A DNA stretch of 64,000 bases. Source: Eledone cirrhosa (Eukaryota). The notes beneath the pieces were generated by a model. It was not told the DNA's origin. It saw only the letters and a program-made list of their open reading frames with translations, and did not search any database. Location of the stretch: the NCBI GenBank assembly GCA_964016885.1, contig CAXHJY010000941.1, positions 1-64,000 of the forward strand, read 5' to 3'. Below are positions 18,001-30,777 of the stretch, piece by piece. The stretch's first letter is position 1; each line of letters begins with the position of its first letter. The position numbers and the translations under genes were made by a program.

Positions 18001-21000
18001 CTCTCCTATTGCTATCTCTCTCCTATTGCTGTCTCACTCCTATTGCTGTCTCACTCCTATTGCTATCTCTCTCCTATTGCTAACTCTCTCCTATTGCTAT
18101 CTCTCTCCTATTGCTATCTCTCTCTTATTGCTGTGTCTCTCCCCTATTGCTATCTCTCTCTCCTATTGCTATCTCTTTCTCCTATTGCTATTTCTCTCTC
18201 CTATTGCTATCTCTCTCCTATTGCTATCTCTCTCCTATTGCTATCTCTCTCCTATTGCTATCTCCCTCCTAATGCTGTCTTTCTCCTATTGCTATCTCTC
18301 TCCTATTGCTATCTCTCTCTTATTACCGTGTCTCTCCCCTTTTGCTATCTCTCTCTCTTATTGTTGTCTCTCTCTCCTATTGCTATCTCTCTCTCCTATT
18401 GCTATCTCTCTCTCCTATTGCTATCTCTCTCTCCTATTGTTATCTCTCTCTTCTATTGCTATCTCTCTCTTCTATTGCTGTTTCTCTCTTCTATTGCTGT
18501 TTCTCTCTCCTATTGATGTTTCTCTATCCTATTGCTATCTCTCTCATATTGCCGTCTCTCACCTATTGCTGTCTCCTCTTCTATTGCAGTCTTTCTCTCC
18601 TATTACTGCCTGTCTCTCCTATTGCTGCCTGTCTCTCCTATTGCTATCTCTCTCATATTGATATCTCTCTCCTATTGCTGTCTCTATCCTATTGCTATGT
18701 CTCTCCTTATTGCTATCTCTCTTCTATTGCAGTCTCTCTCTCCTATTGCTGTCTCTCTCTCCTATTGCTGTCTTTCTTTCCTATTGCTGTCTCTCTCTCC
18801 TATTGCTGTCTCTCTCTCCTTTTTCTGTCTCTCTCTCTCCTTTTTCTGTCTCTCTCTCTCCTATTTCTGTCTCTCTCTCCTATTGCTATCTCTCTCCTAT
18901 TGCTATCTCTCTCTTATTGCTGTCTCTCTCCTATTGCTGTCTCTCTCTCCTATTGCTGTCTCTCTCTCCTATTGCTATCTCTCTCCTATTGCTATCTCTC
19001 TCCTATTCCTATTGCTATCTCTCTCCTATTGCTGTCTCTTATATTGCTATCTCTCTCCTATTGCTGTCTCTCTCCTATTGCTGTCTCTCTCTCCTATTGC
19101 TGTCTCTCTCTCCTATTGCTATCTCTCTCTTATTGCTGTCTCTCTCTTATTGCTGTCTCTCTTTTATTGCTGTCTCTCTCCTATTGCTGTCCCTCTCTCC
19201 TATTGCTGTCTCTCTCTGCTATTGCTGTCTCTCTCTCCTATTTCTGACTCTCTCTCCTATTGCTGTCTCGGTCTCCTATTGCTGTCTCGGTCTCCTATTG
19301 CTGTCTCTCTCTCCTATTGTTGTCGCTCACTCCTATTGTTGTCACTCTCTCCTATTGCTGTCCCTCTCTCCTATTGCTGCCTGTCTCTCCTATTGCTATC
19401 TCTCTCATATTGCTATCTCTCTGCTGTTTCTATATCTCTCCTATTGCTGTCTCTCTCATATTGCTGTCTCTCTCTCCTATTGCTGTCTCTCTCTCTCCTA
19501 TTGCTGTCTCTCTCTCTTCTATTGCTATCTCTCTCTTCTATTGCTATCTCTCTCTTCTATTGCTATCTCCCTCTCCTATTGTGGTTTCTCTCTCCTATTG
19601 TTTTTCTCTCTCCTATTGATGTTTCTCTATCCTATTGCTATCTCTCTCATATTGCTATCTCTCTCCTATTGCCGTCTCTCTCCTATTGCTGTCTCCTCTC
19701 CTATTGCAGTCTTTCTCCCCTATTGCTGCCTGTCTCTCCTATTGCTATCTCTCTCCTATTGCTGTCTCTCTCCTATTGCTGTCTCTCTCCTATTGCTGTT
19801 TCTCTCCTATTGTTGTTTCTCACCTATTGCTGTCTCTCTCTCCTATTGCTGTCTCTCTCTCCTATTGCTGTCTCTCTCTGCCATCGCTGTCTCTCTCTCT
19901 CCTATTGCTGTCTCTCTCTCCTATTGCTGTCTCTCTCTCCTATTGCTGTCTCTCTCTCCTATTGCTATCTCTCTTTTATTGCTGTCGCTCTCTTATTGCT
20001 GTCTCGCTTTTATTGCTGTCTCTCTCCTGTTGCTGTCTCTCTCTCCTATTGCTGTCTCCCTTTCCTTTTCGCTATCTCTCTTTTATTGCTGTCTCTCTAT
20101 CCCATTGCTATCTCTCTCCTATTGCTGTCTCTCTCTCCTATTGCTGTCTCTCTCTCTCCTATTGCTATCTCTCTCCTATTGCTGTCTCTCTCTCCTATTG
20201 CTGTCTCTCTCTCCTATTGCTGTCTCTCTCTCCTATTGCTATCTCTCTCTCCTAATGCTATCTCTCTCTCATAATGCTATCTCTCTCTTCTATTGCTGTT
20301 TCTCTCTCCTATTGCTGTTTCTCTCTCCTATTGCTGTTTCTCTCTGCTGTTGCTGTCTCTCTCTCCTATTGCTATCTCTCTCCTATTGCTATCTCTCTCC
20401 TATTGCTATCTCTCTCCTATTGCTGTCTCACTCCTATTGCTGTCTCACTCCTATTGCTATCTCTCTCCTATTGCTAACTCTCTCCTATTGCTATCTCTCT
20501 CCTATTGCTATCTCTCTCTTATTGCTGTGTCTCTCCCCTATTGCTATCTCTCTCTCCTATTGCTATCTCTTTCTCCTATTGCTATTTCTCTCTCCTATTG
20601 CTATCTCTCTCCTATTGCTATCTCTCTCCTATTGCTATCTCTCTCCTATTGCTATCTCCCTCCTAATGCTGTCTTTCTCCTATTGCTATCTCTCTTCTAT
20701 TGCTATCACTCTCCTATTGCTATCTCTCTCTTATTACCGTGTCTCTCCCCTTTTGCTATCTCTCTCTCTTATTGTTGTCTCTCTCTCCTATTGCTATCTC
20801 TCTCTCCTATTGCTATCTCTCTCTCCTATTGCTATCTCTCTCTCCTATTGTTATCTCTCTCTTCTATTGCTATCTCTCTCTTCTATTGCTGTTTCTCTCT
20901 TCTATTGATGTTTCTCTATCCTATTGCTATCTCTCTCATATTGCCGTCTCTCACCTATTGCTGTCTCCTCTTCTATTGCAGTCTTTCTCTCCTATTACTG

Positions 21001-24000
21001 CCTGTCTCTCCTATTGCTGCCTGTCTCTCCTATTGCTATCTCTCTCATATTGATATCTCTCTCCTATTGCTGTCTCTATCCTATTGCTATGTCTCTCCTT
21101 ATTGCTATCTCTCTTCTATTGCAGTCTCTCTCTCCTATTGCTGTCTCTCTCTCCTATTGCTGTCTTTCTTTCCTATTGCTGTCTCTCTCTCCTATTGCTG
21201 TCTCTCTCTCCTTTTTCTGTCTCTCTCTCTCCTTTTTCTGTCTCTCTGTCTCCTATTTCTGTCTCTCTCTCCTATTGCTATCTCTCTCCTATTGCTATCT
21301 CTCTCTTATTGCTGTCTCTCTCCTATTGCTGTCTCTCTCTCCTATTGCTGTCTCTCTCTCCTATTGCTATCTCTCTCCTATTGCTATCTCTCTCCTATTG
21401 CTATCTCTCTCCTATTGCTGTCTCTCCTATTGCTGTCTCTCTTATTGCTGTCTCTCTATCCCATTGCTATCTCTCTCCTATTGCTGTCTCTCTCTCCTAT
21501 TGCTATCTCTCTCCTATTGCTATCTCTCTCCTATCCCATTGCTATCTCTCTCCTATTCCTATCTCTCTCCTATTCCTATTGCTATCTCTCTCCCCTATTG
21601 CTGTCTCTCCTATTGCTGTCTCTCTTATTGCTGTCTCTCTATCCCATTGCTATCTATCTCCTATTGCTATCTCTCTCCTATTGCTGTCTCTCTCTCCTAT
21701 TGCTGTCTCTCTATCCTATTGCTGTGTCTCTCTCCTATTGCTATATCTCTCTTATTACTGTCTCTCTTTTATTGCGGTCCCTCTCTCTTATTGCTGCCTC
21801 TCTGCTATTGCTATCTCTCTCCTATCGCTATCTCTCTCCTATTGCTATCTCTCTCCTATTGCACAATCTTCTATTGCTATCTCTCTCCTATTGCTATCTC
21901 TCTCCTATTGCTGTCTCTCTCTCCTATTGCTGTCTCTCTCTCCTATTACTGTCTCTCACTCCTGTTGCTGTCTCTTTCTCCTATTGCTGCCTCTTTCTCC
22001 TATTGCTGCCTCTCTCTCCTATTTCTGTCTCTCTATCTCCTATTTATGTCTCTCTCCTATTGCTATCTCTCTCCTATTGCTGTCTCTCTTATTGCTGTCT
22101 CTCTGTCCCATTGCTATCTCTCTGCTATTGCTGTCTCTCTCTCCTATAGCTGTCTCTCTCTCCTATTGCTGTCTCTCTCTCCTATTGCTCTCTCTCTCTC
22201 TCCTATTGCTGTCTCTCTCTCCTATTGCTGTCTCTCTCTCCTATTGCTATATCTCTCCTATTATTGTATCTCTCTTATTGCTGTCTCTCTCCTATTGCTG
22301 TCACTCTTTTATTGCAGTCCCTCTCTCTTATTGCTGTCTCCCTGCTATTGCTATCTCTCACCTATCGCTATCTCTCTCCTATTGCTATCTCTCGCCTATT
22401 GCTATCTCTCTCCTATTGCTGTCTCTCTCTTATTGCTGTCTCTCTCTCTCTCTCTCTCCTATTGCTATCTCTTATTACTGTCTCTCTCCTATTGCTGTCT
22501 CTCTCCTATTGCTGTCACTCTCTCTTATTGCTGTCCCTCTCTCCTATTGCTGTCTCTCTGCTATTGCTATCTCTCTCCTATCGATATCTCTCTCCTATTG
22601 CTATCTCTCTCCTATTGCTGTCTCTCTCTCCTATTGCTATCTCTCTCTCCTATTGCTATCTCTCTCTCCTATTGCTATCTCTCTCTCCTATTGCTATCTC
22701 TCTCCTATTGCTGTCTCTCTCTTATTGCTGTGTCTCTCTCCTATTGCTATCTCTCTCTCCTATTGCTATCTCTCTCTCCTATTGCTATCTCTCTTCTATT
22801 TCTATCTCTCTCTCTCATATTGCTGTTTCTCTCTCTTATTGATGTTTCTCTATCCTATTGTTATCTCTCTCTTATTGCTATCTCTCTCTTATTGATATCT
22901 CTCTCCTATTGCCGTCTCTCCCCTATTGCTGTCTCCTCTTCTATTGCAGTCTTTATCTCCAATTGCTGCCTGTCTCTCCTATTGCTGCCTGTCTCTCCTA
23001 TTGCTATCTCTCTCCTATTGCTATCTCTCTCCTATTGCTGTCTCTCACCTATTGCTATGTCTCTCCTATTGCTATCTCTCTCTCCTATTGCTATCTCTCT
23101 CTCCTATTGCTGTCTCTCTCTCCTATTGCTGTCTATCTCTCCTATTTCTGTCTCTCTCTCCTATTTCTGTCTCTCTCTCCTATTTCTGTCTCTCTCTCCT
23201 ATTAATGTCTCTCTCTCCTATTAATGTCTTTCTCTCCTACTGTTGTAGCTCTCTCCTATTGCTGTCCCTCTCTCCTATTACTGTCCCTCTCTCTCCTATT
23301 GCTGTCGCTCTCACCTTTTGTTGCCTGTCTCTCCTATTTCTGCCTGTCTCTCCTATTGCTATCTCTCTGCTATTACCGTCTCTCTCCTATTACCGTCTCT
23401 CTCCAACTGCTGTCTCTCTCCAACTGCTGTCTCTCTCCTATTGCTGTCTCTCTCTCCTATTGCTGTCTCTCTCTTATTGCTGCCTGTCTCTCCTATTGCT
23501 GTTTCTCTCTTCTTTTGCTGTTTCCCTCTCCTATTGCTGTTTCTCTCTCCTATTGCTGTTTCTCTCTCCTATTGCTGTTCTTTCTCCTATTGCTGTTTCT
23601 CCCTCCTGTTTCTGTCTCTCTCTCCTATTGCTATCTCTCTCCTATTGCTGTCTCTCTCTTCTATTGCTATCTCCCTCTCCTATTGCTCTTTCTCTCTCCT
23701 ATTGCTCTTTCTCTCTCCTATTGCTGTTTCTCTCTCCTATTGCTCTTTCTCTCTCCTATTGCTCTTTCTCTCTCCTATTGCTGTTTCACTCTCCTATTGC
23801 TATCTCTCTCCTATTGCTGTCTCCTCTCCTATTGCTGTCTCTCTCTCCTATTGCTGTCTCTCTCCTGTTGCTGTCTCTCTCCTATTGCTGTCTCTCCTAT
23901 TGCTATGTCTCACCTATTGCTATCTCTCTCCTACTGCTATCTCTCTCTTCTATTGCTATCTCTCTCTTCTATTGCTATCTCACTCTCCTATTGCTGTCTC

Positions 24001-24870
24001 TCTCTCCTATTTCTGTCTCTCTCTCTCTCCTATTTTTTCCTCTCTCCTATTGCTGTCTTTCACTCCTATTGCTGTCTCTCTCTCTCTCTCTCCTATTGCT
24101 GTCTCTCACTCCTATTGCTATCTCTCTCATATTGCCCTCTCTCTCTCCTATTTCTATCTCTCTCCTATTGATATCTCTCTCTCCTATTGATATCTCTCTC
24201 TGCTATTGCTATTTCTCTCCTATTGCTATCTCTCTCTCCTATTGCTATCTCTCTCTCCTATTGCTATCTCTCTCCTATTGCTGTCTATCTCTCATACTGC
24301 TATCTCTCTCTCATATTGCTATCTCTCTCTCTCCTATTGCTGTTTCTCTCTCCTATTGCTGTTTCTCTCTCCTATTGCTGTTTTTCTCTCCTATTGCTAT
24401 CTCTCTCCAATTGCTATCTCTCTCCAATTGCTATCTCTCTCCTATTGCTGTCTCTCTCTTATTGCTGTCTCTCTCCTATTGCTGTCTCTCTCTTATTGCT
24501 GTCTCTCTCCTATTGCTGTCTCTCCTATTGCTGTCTCTCTCTCCTATTGCTATGTCTCTTTTATTGCTATCTCTCTCCTATTGCTATCTCTCTCCTATTG
24601 CTATCTCTCTCCTATTGCTGTCTCTCTCCTATTGCTGTGTCTCTCTCCTATTGCTGCCTGTCTCTCCTATTGATGCCTCTCTCCTATTTCTATATCTCTC
24701 CTATTTCTATTCTATCTCTCTCCTATTGCTGTCTCTCTCCTATTGCTGTCTCTCTCTACTATTACTTTCTCTCTCTACTATTGCTATCTCTCTCTCCTAT
24801 TGCTGTCTCTCTCTCCTATTGCTGTCTCTCTCTCCCATTGCTGTCTCTCTCTCCTATTGCTGTCTTTTTC
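6068..24870. repeat. ~18.8 kb satellite/minisatellite, 15-21 bp unit CCTATTGCT(G/A)TCTC(TC)n, with higher-order repeats
   Basis: Continuous tandem units. Rare variant blocks such as TTTCTGACTCTC...GTCTCGGTCTCC recur at ~9360, 11388, 12519, 14529, 16562 and 19243. Confidence 0.97.
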
Positions 24871-25373
24871 CTACATCCTCTGAACCCCACTTCCCCTGTA
24901 GCAATGTTTCTTTCATTCTCTTTCTCACCCACTCACCTTTATACCTCTCTTTCTCTCTCTCCCTCCCTTTACAAGGTCTTATTTTTCTATAGCTCAAATC
25001 TCTTTCTCTCTCTCTCTCTCACCTGCAGAATTCAAATTTTCATTAGCCAGCTCTCTTATACTTCACTTTTTATTTATTTACTTATTTCATGCCATGTACT
25101 TTGTGAACTGCAGCAGTTCTGGTTATATGTTTCCAATGGACTAATCTCTGGCTTACAGTATTTCTGATGGTAAAATTGACAAGGAAGTGCCTGTGTAACT
25201 TTTATGGAATAAATACTTCTCACAGCAGAACCACAGTTTGAAAGGCTGGAACTAGATGGCACTGCTATGAGGTGGGACAGACCAGTTGGCTGTACCTAAT
25301 CCTTCTCACAGTGGAACCTTAGTTTGGGAGTCACAAACATGTTTACTGTGTGGAACTGGATGGTGCTATATAT

Positions 25374-25540
25374 ATAGGAATGGGTAGGACTAAAATATTA
25401 GTCCAGAATTAGCCGTGAAACGGCTAGAGCTCAGCCGTCGGGGTCCTACTCGTTCCTATTACCCACTCTATTACCCTAAGTATTGAGTACTTTGGTGCGT
25501 TATGGTCCATCTGGTTCCTTACCACATTTCCTTCGTTATA
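25374..25540 (+). mobile_element. Fold-back (hairpin) repeat element, copy 1; probably derived from a Penelope-like pLTR
   Basis: Tail taccctaagtattgagtact..ggtgcgttatggtccatctggttccttaccaca is shared with 30618-30777 and, reverse-complemented, with 58457-58665. Flanked by TA. Confidence 0.7.
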
Positions 25541-25544
25541 TATA

Positions 25545-25840
25545 TCATCATCATCATCATCATTGTTTAACGTCTATCTTCCATGCTAGCATGGGTTAGA
25601 CGGGAGTTTTCCCACTTGAGGCAAGATTGGTCGGGTGACCGTGTCTTGCTCGTACAGGACTATCTGGCAGGTTTTCTATGACTGGATGCCCTTTCTAACA
25701 CCAACCACATTTACAGTGTGGACTGGGAGCTTTTAACTGTGTCCCTCATGGCCATATTACAGCGTAGACTGTTGTTTTTTGTCATGACACCTACATGACC
25801 TCATTCGTTTGGACTGGATGTTGTAGTACCAACATAACTT
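25545..25840 (-). mobile_element. RTE LINE 3' UTR fragment or RTE-dependent SINE, (GAT)n tail
   Basis: (CAT)n followed by tttaacgtctatcttccatgctagcatgggttagacggg, the reverse complement of the 3' end at 57670-57738. Confidence 0.85.
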
Positions 25841-25932
25841 TATAGAGAAAGGGTGGTGTTGGTGGGAGTGGGAGGAGGGAGTAGAGGTAGTGGTATATAT
25901 GTATATATATATATGAATATATATGTATATAT

Positions 25933-26655
25933 CAAGACTATATGCAGACTAGAGAGGAACGAAGCTTGCATGCTCCGCTGGATGTGTAACAGTAATATAC
26001 GTGAACGGCAAAGCATAAACGAACTAAGGAAAAAATTAGAGATAAGAGGGATCAGATGTTGTTTACTCGAGAGAAGGCTGCGTTGGTATGGACACGTGAT
26101 GCGCATGAAAGTCGATAGCTGTATTACAAAGTGCAGGGCAATAAAGATAGACGGTAGCCACGGAATAGGCAGACCTAGAAAAACATGGGATGAGCTGATA
26201 AACTCCGACCTCACACACTTACACCTCTCCAAGACAATGTCACTGGACCGTGACCTTTGGCGGTACTCAGTAACAGAGAAGACCCGCCTTGCCAGTAGGC
26301 ATCTCTAACAAACTACACCCCGTCCCGCCACCACCCCCACCCCATCCACACCACCCCGTTCCATGTAAAGTTATGTTGGTGCCGCGCCATCCAGGCCGAA
26401 ACAAACGAGATCGTGTAGGTGTCACGACAAAAAAACACACAGTCCACGCTGTAATGTGGCCGTGTAGGCAACACGGTAAAAACCTCCCAGACCCACACTG
26501 TAAATGTGGTTGGTGTTAGGAAGGGCATCCAACTGTAGAAAACCTGCCAGACAGTCCTATGCGAGCAAGACAATCACTCTTGCCTCAAGTGGGACTACCC
26601 CCGTCCAAACCCATGCAAGCGTGGAACACGGACGTTAAACGTTGATGATGATGTT
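25933..26655 (+). mobile_element. 5'-truncated RTE LINE copy (ORF C-terminus + 3' UTR + GAT tail)
   Basis: [28 protein letters not shown]...[12 protein letters not shown] is near-identical to the 54435 element; stop at 26308. Confidence 0.93.
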
Positions 26656-26719
26656 GATATCAAGCGTTAACCTAATACATACCTTCTGTACCGATTGTGT
26701 TATTTCTGTTTACCTTTTA

Positions 26720-27770
26720 CATACATACATATATATATATATATGTATGTATACATATATGTGTGTGTGTGTGTGTGTGTGTGTATGTATTTATATATAT
26801 GTGTATCATATATGTGAGTGTGTGTATGTGTTACCACACACATTCACACATGCATAAATAAGCAGGAACATGTATACATACATACGTATATACATACATA
26901 TACACACACATATATATATACATATATATATGTATATTATATATATATATATATATGTATATTATATATATATATGTATATTATATATATATATATATGT
27001 ATGTATATTATGTATATTATATATGTATGTATAATATATATATATATGTATGTATAATATATATATATATGTATGTATATTATATATATATATGTATGTA
27101 TATTATGTATATTATATATATATATGTATGTATATTATGTATATTATATATATATATGTATGTATATTATATATATATATGTATGTATATTATATATATT
27201 ATATATATATATGTATGTATATTATATATATTATATATGTATGTATATTATATATATTATATATGTATGTATATTATATATATTATATATATATGTATGT
27301 ATATTATATATATTATATATATATGTATGTATATTATATATATTATATATATATGTATGTATATTATATATATGTATGTATATTATATATATTATACATC
27401 TATGTATGTATATTATTATATATATATGTATGTATATTATTATATATTATACATCTATGTATGTATATTATTATATATTATACATCTATGTATGTATATT
27501 ATATATATTATACATCTATGTATGTATATTATATATATTATATATCTATGTATGTATATTATATATATTATATATCTATGTATGTATATTACGCATATTA
27601 TATATCTATGTATGTATATTACGCATATTATATATCTATGTATGTATATTACGTATATTATACATATATACATATTATACATACATATACATACTATACA
27701 TACGTATACATAATATACATACTATACATATGTATAGTATGTATATTATATATATTATATATTTATGTAT
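26720..27770. repeat. Compound TA/TG microsatellite with ~30-bp TATATCTATGTATGTATATTA-type units
   Basis: Directly visible. Confidence 0.92.
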
Positions 27771-27804
27771 GCTTTGAAGCATAGAGTTACCTCCCTGTAT
27801 GATC

Positions 27805-27921
27805 TGAGTTCAAATCCTGCCGAGGTTAACTTTACCTTTCATCCTTACGGGGTCGATAAAATAAAGTACCCGTAATGCACTGGGTAATTGCTGGCCTTGT
27901 GCCAAAAGTAGAAACAATTAT
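27805..27921 (+). mobile_element. tRNA-derived SINE, partial
   Basis: gagttcaaatcctgccgaggttaactttacctttcatccttacggggtcgataaaataaagtacc...ttgtgccaaaagtagaaac. Confidence 0.85.
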
Positions 27922-28097
27922 ATATCTATGCATGTATATTATATATATTATATATCTATGTATGTATATTATGTATATTATACATATATGTATATTATGT
28001 ATATTATACATATATGTATATTATGCATATATGTATGTATAAAATGTATATTATACATATATATATATATGCATGTATACTATGTATATTATACATA

Positions 28098-28576
28098 CTA
28101 GCAGAAAAACCACCTTTTGGGTTTTCTGCTAGCATGTGTAGTGTGTATATTGATATTATATGTGTATATATACATGTAGATATGATATATCAAATAAAAT
28201 CGTAATTGACAATATATAATACATAGAAATTGAATGAAGACTGTGTTACACTGTCGTATTTAATCAGTAACGTAATCCATGATACATGATAAAAGACGAT
28301 ATTATATATAAACTGCATTAGGAGAAAATTAGTGACAGAAAATTAGTATGTTTATTTAAGCGATGGCCAACCGGTAGTGTTGACATTTCAGAAATTTTAA
28401 AGAAGCGAATCTTTAAATAAACAAAATATATTTAACCAACAGCCACGAAATTTAGTAGACAAATTATGTAATATTCATTCATTATTTATTCAAAATAATC
28501 CAACTTATTTTACTAATGGGATAACAAATTATAAACCGTACGCAGTCCCACGCCCCTTACTTTATTATAGTTTAGA
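28098..28576 (-). mobile_element. Non-autonomous Helitron-like element
   Basis: On the minus strand it starts A^TCTAAACTATAATAAAG and ends with a hairpin plus CTAG^T. This gives TC...CTAG termini between A and T with no TSD. Confidence 0.65.
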
Positions 28577-29237
28577 TATATATGTATGTATAGTATGTAT
28601 ATTATACATATATATATATATGCATGTATACTATGTATATTATACATATATATATGTATATATATATAGTATGTATATATATATTTCTGTGTGTCTGTGT
28701 GCGTATCAGTGCAAAATATCCATTTCTAGTTGTTAAAGATTTTAAAATCTGAAAAACGAAATATTATAGAAAACTTACACTAATAATAGAATACATAAAA
28801 CCTCTATTTCAAATAATTATGGATGTCTTCAGTTAATGTGGGAAGTATGAGTGTATGTACTTGTATGAATCTGTGCAGATACATATTTGGATATAAGATT
28901 CAAGGTAAATATATACATGCGTGCTTGTATTTTTATATGTTTACATGTACATTATTGTAATTTATGTGTAAAGCTATACTGCTTACTACACTTATGTATA
29001 CATTAGAGTTCAAGTATTAAGTGGTTTTTATTATTTTAGAAAGAATTTGATTTATATGTTTAATGTATGTAATGTATGTGGTGAAACATGTAGTTGTGTT
29101 TACATACATATACATAAATAGACAACCACAGTCCCACACACATTATCTCATACACCCACAAACATCACCTAACCTCCTTATACACATGTATATGCATGGT
29201 GATACCCCCCCCCCCCCCAATATATATATATATATAT

Positions 29238-29335
29238 ATCACCTTGACCGACTAGTCCGTTGGGCGTCCATTCAGTGCCGCTGGTCACAGCACGCCGTCC
29301 ATTCCTCTCTGGATCGTGCTTTCCTCATCCATGTA
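29238..29335 (-). mobile_element. Very short 3' end of a LINE (RTE-like) embedded in (TA)n
   Basis: Minus strand reads WMRKARSREEWTACCDQRH*, then a short UTR and a TA tail; resembles RTE C-termini. Confidence 0.55.
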
Positions 29336-29403
<68 letters not shown>

Positions 29404-29407
<4 letters not shown>

Positions 29408-29575
29408 ATCCCTGGTTCAATTGGGAGTAACCACAGTAAGTAAGGTACTCAATACAAAGCAGAGTATAAATATTTAATATAGAAAGGCTTCTACAGGACT
29501 AGAACTGTTTCATTCGGGATAAATCATCAGGGAGCTTCCTGATGATTTCTCTCTAGCTGAAAAGTTGCAATGAAG
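29404..29575 (-). mobile_element. Penelope-like pLTR remnant with a palindromic junction and CTGATGA...GAAA motifs
   Basis: AAATCATCAGGGA-GC-TTCCTGATGATTT near-palindrome. Minus strand reads CTGATGA-n12-GAAAC. Shares GTACTCAATAC with the 58457 family. Confidence 0.5.
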
Positions 29576-29815
29576 ACATTGATAGTTTGCAGAATAATTG
29601 ATAATTGTGTTTTTGATTTACATACAACTAGTCTTAATGATGAATACACTCTTATTCAAAGTTAATCCTTATATGACATTACTTTCTCCACTCAGTCCTA
29701 TTATTAGCAACATTTTCCCAGCTGTTAATATTCATATTCAGATGTTTCAAATTGCCCCTGAGCTTGTCTTTATAACAAAGTAGTGGTCAATCTACTTTTC
29801 TATGAGAGCCTTTAA

Positions 29816-30036
29816 TCCTTTAGCATTTAAACTGGCTGTATCTGGCCAGAATTTTCTCATCTCATTCTGTTCAAACTGACCATAACCAGCTGCTCATACT
29901 TATGTTAAGGTATTGTTCTCAAAATAAATAATATCAAAATCTCGTAGATTCAATATTATGTGAGATAATTATGTGAAATAAAATGTTTACTGTGAAAATA
30001 CAATAGTAAATATAGATTAATATAAATGCTAAAGGA
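29816..30036. mobile_element. TTAA-flanked MITE (piggyBac-like)
   Basis: Perfect 14-bp TIR TCCTTTAGCATTTA/TAAATGCTAAAGGA with TTAA on both sides; further copies at 37883 and 48998. Confidence 0.85.
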
Positions 30037-30040
30037 TTAA

Positions 30041-30565
30041 TTTGACCAAATAAGACTTGTTTTGAGATTGTTTCATAATTCATTCTCAAAAGGTGGCCAC
30101 ACCCTCTCAAATGAAATTTTATCAAAAATGTTTCTATTTCACTTTGCTATTTTTCACTGTCATCCCATTTGACACCATATGGAAACTGTTTGTTTGATTT
30201 ATGTGTTTGTGATAGGGAGTCCAGGCTTCTGCCCCATAAAAGAGAACAACTACTTTATAGATATCGGGTTTTGTTTTAACTGACACATCGTGAGTGTTCC
30301 ATAGTCTACCATAAAGTTTACTAAAAGCTGAGCTTGCCTTTCCTATGCGTATTTCAGTTTCCTTGTCTGACTTTGCATCACTAATTACAGTTGATTCAAG
30401 GTATGTAAATTTACTGACTGTCTTCAGAGTTTTGCCTTCAACATAAATCCATAGCAGAGATTCAAGACTATTTCCTGGCCTTGATTGAAACATGACTTCA
30501 GATCTCTTTATGATTATTGTTAGTCCCAAAACTGTAACTGCTAAAGCAAACTTATCAACAATGAA

Positions 30566-30567
<2 letters not shown>
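30041..30567 (-). mobile_element. Decayed RTE-clade LINE RT fragment (family distinct from 54435)
   Basis: KTVSKFTYLESTV...EIRIGKASSAFSKLYGRLW...LFYGAEAWT...GHLLRM...KQVLFGQ; 5' end abuts (TA)n. Confidence 0.88.
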
Positions 30568-30617
<50 letters not shown>

Positions 30618-30620
<3 letters not shown>

Positions 30621-30777
30621 AAAAAGTATGACCCGACGGCAGAGCTCAAGCTGTTTCGACGGCTTGAGCTCTGCCGTCGGGGTCATACTTTTTACTATTT
30701 CCCACTCTACTACCCTAAGTATTGAGTACTCTGGTGCATTATGGTCCATCTGGTTCCTTACCACAATTCCTTTGTTA
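30618..30777 (+). mobile_element. Fold-back repeat element, copy 2
   Basis: Hairpin AAAAAGTATGACCC-GACGGCAGAGCTCAAGC...GCTTGAGCTCTGCCGTC-GGGGTCATACTTTTT plus the shared tail; lies between TA tracts. Confidence 0.75.

Noticed and set aside
6068-24870. CRISPR-like appearance (constant CCTATTGCT with variable intervening sequence)
   Set aside because: Intervening parts are just CT runs, not unique spacers; no cas genes; eukaryotic context.
6042-25167. Dozens of Leu/Ser/Cys-rich ORFs up to 3695 aa
   Set aside because: Satellite translation; open in all frames with non-triplet unit lengths.
26818-27784. Tyr/Ile-rich ORFs
   Set aside because: Microsatellite.
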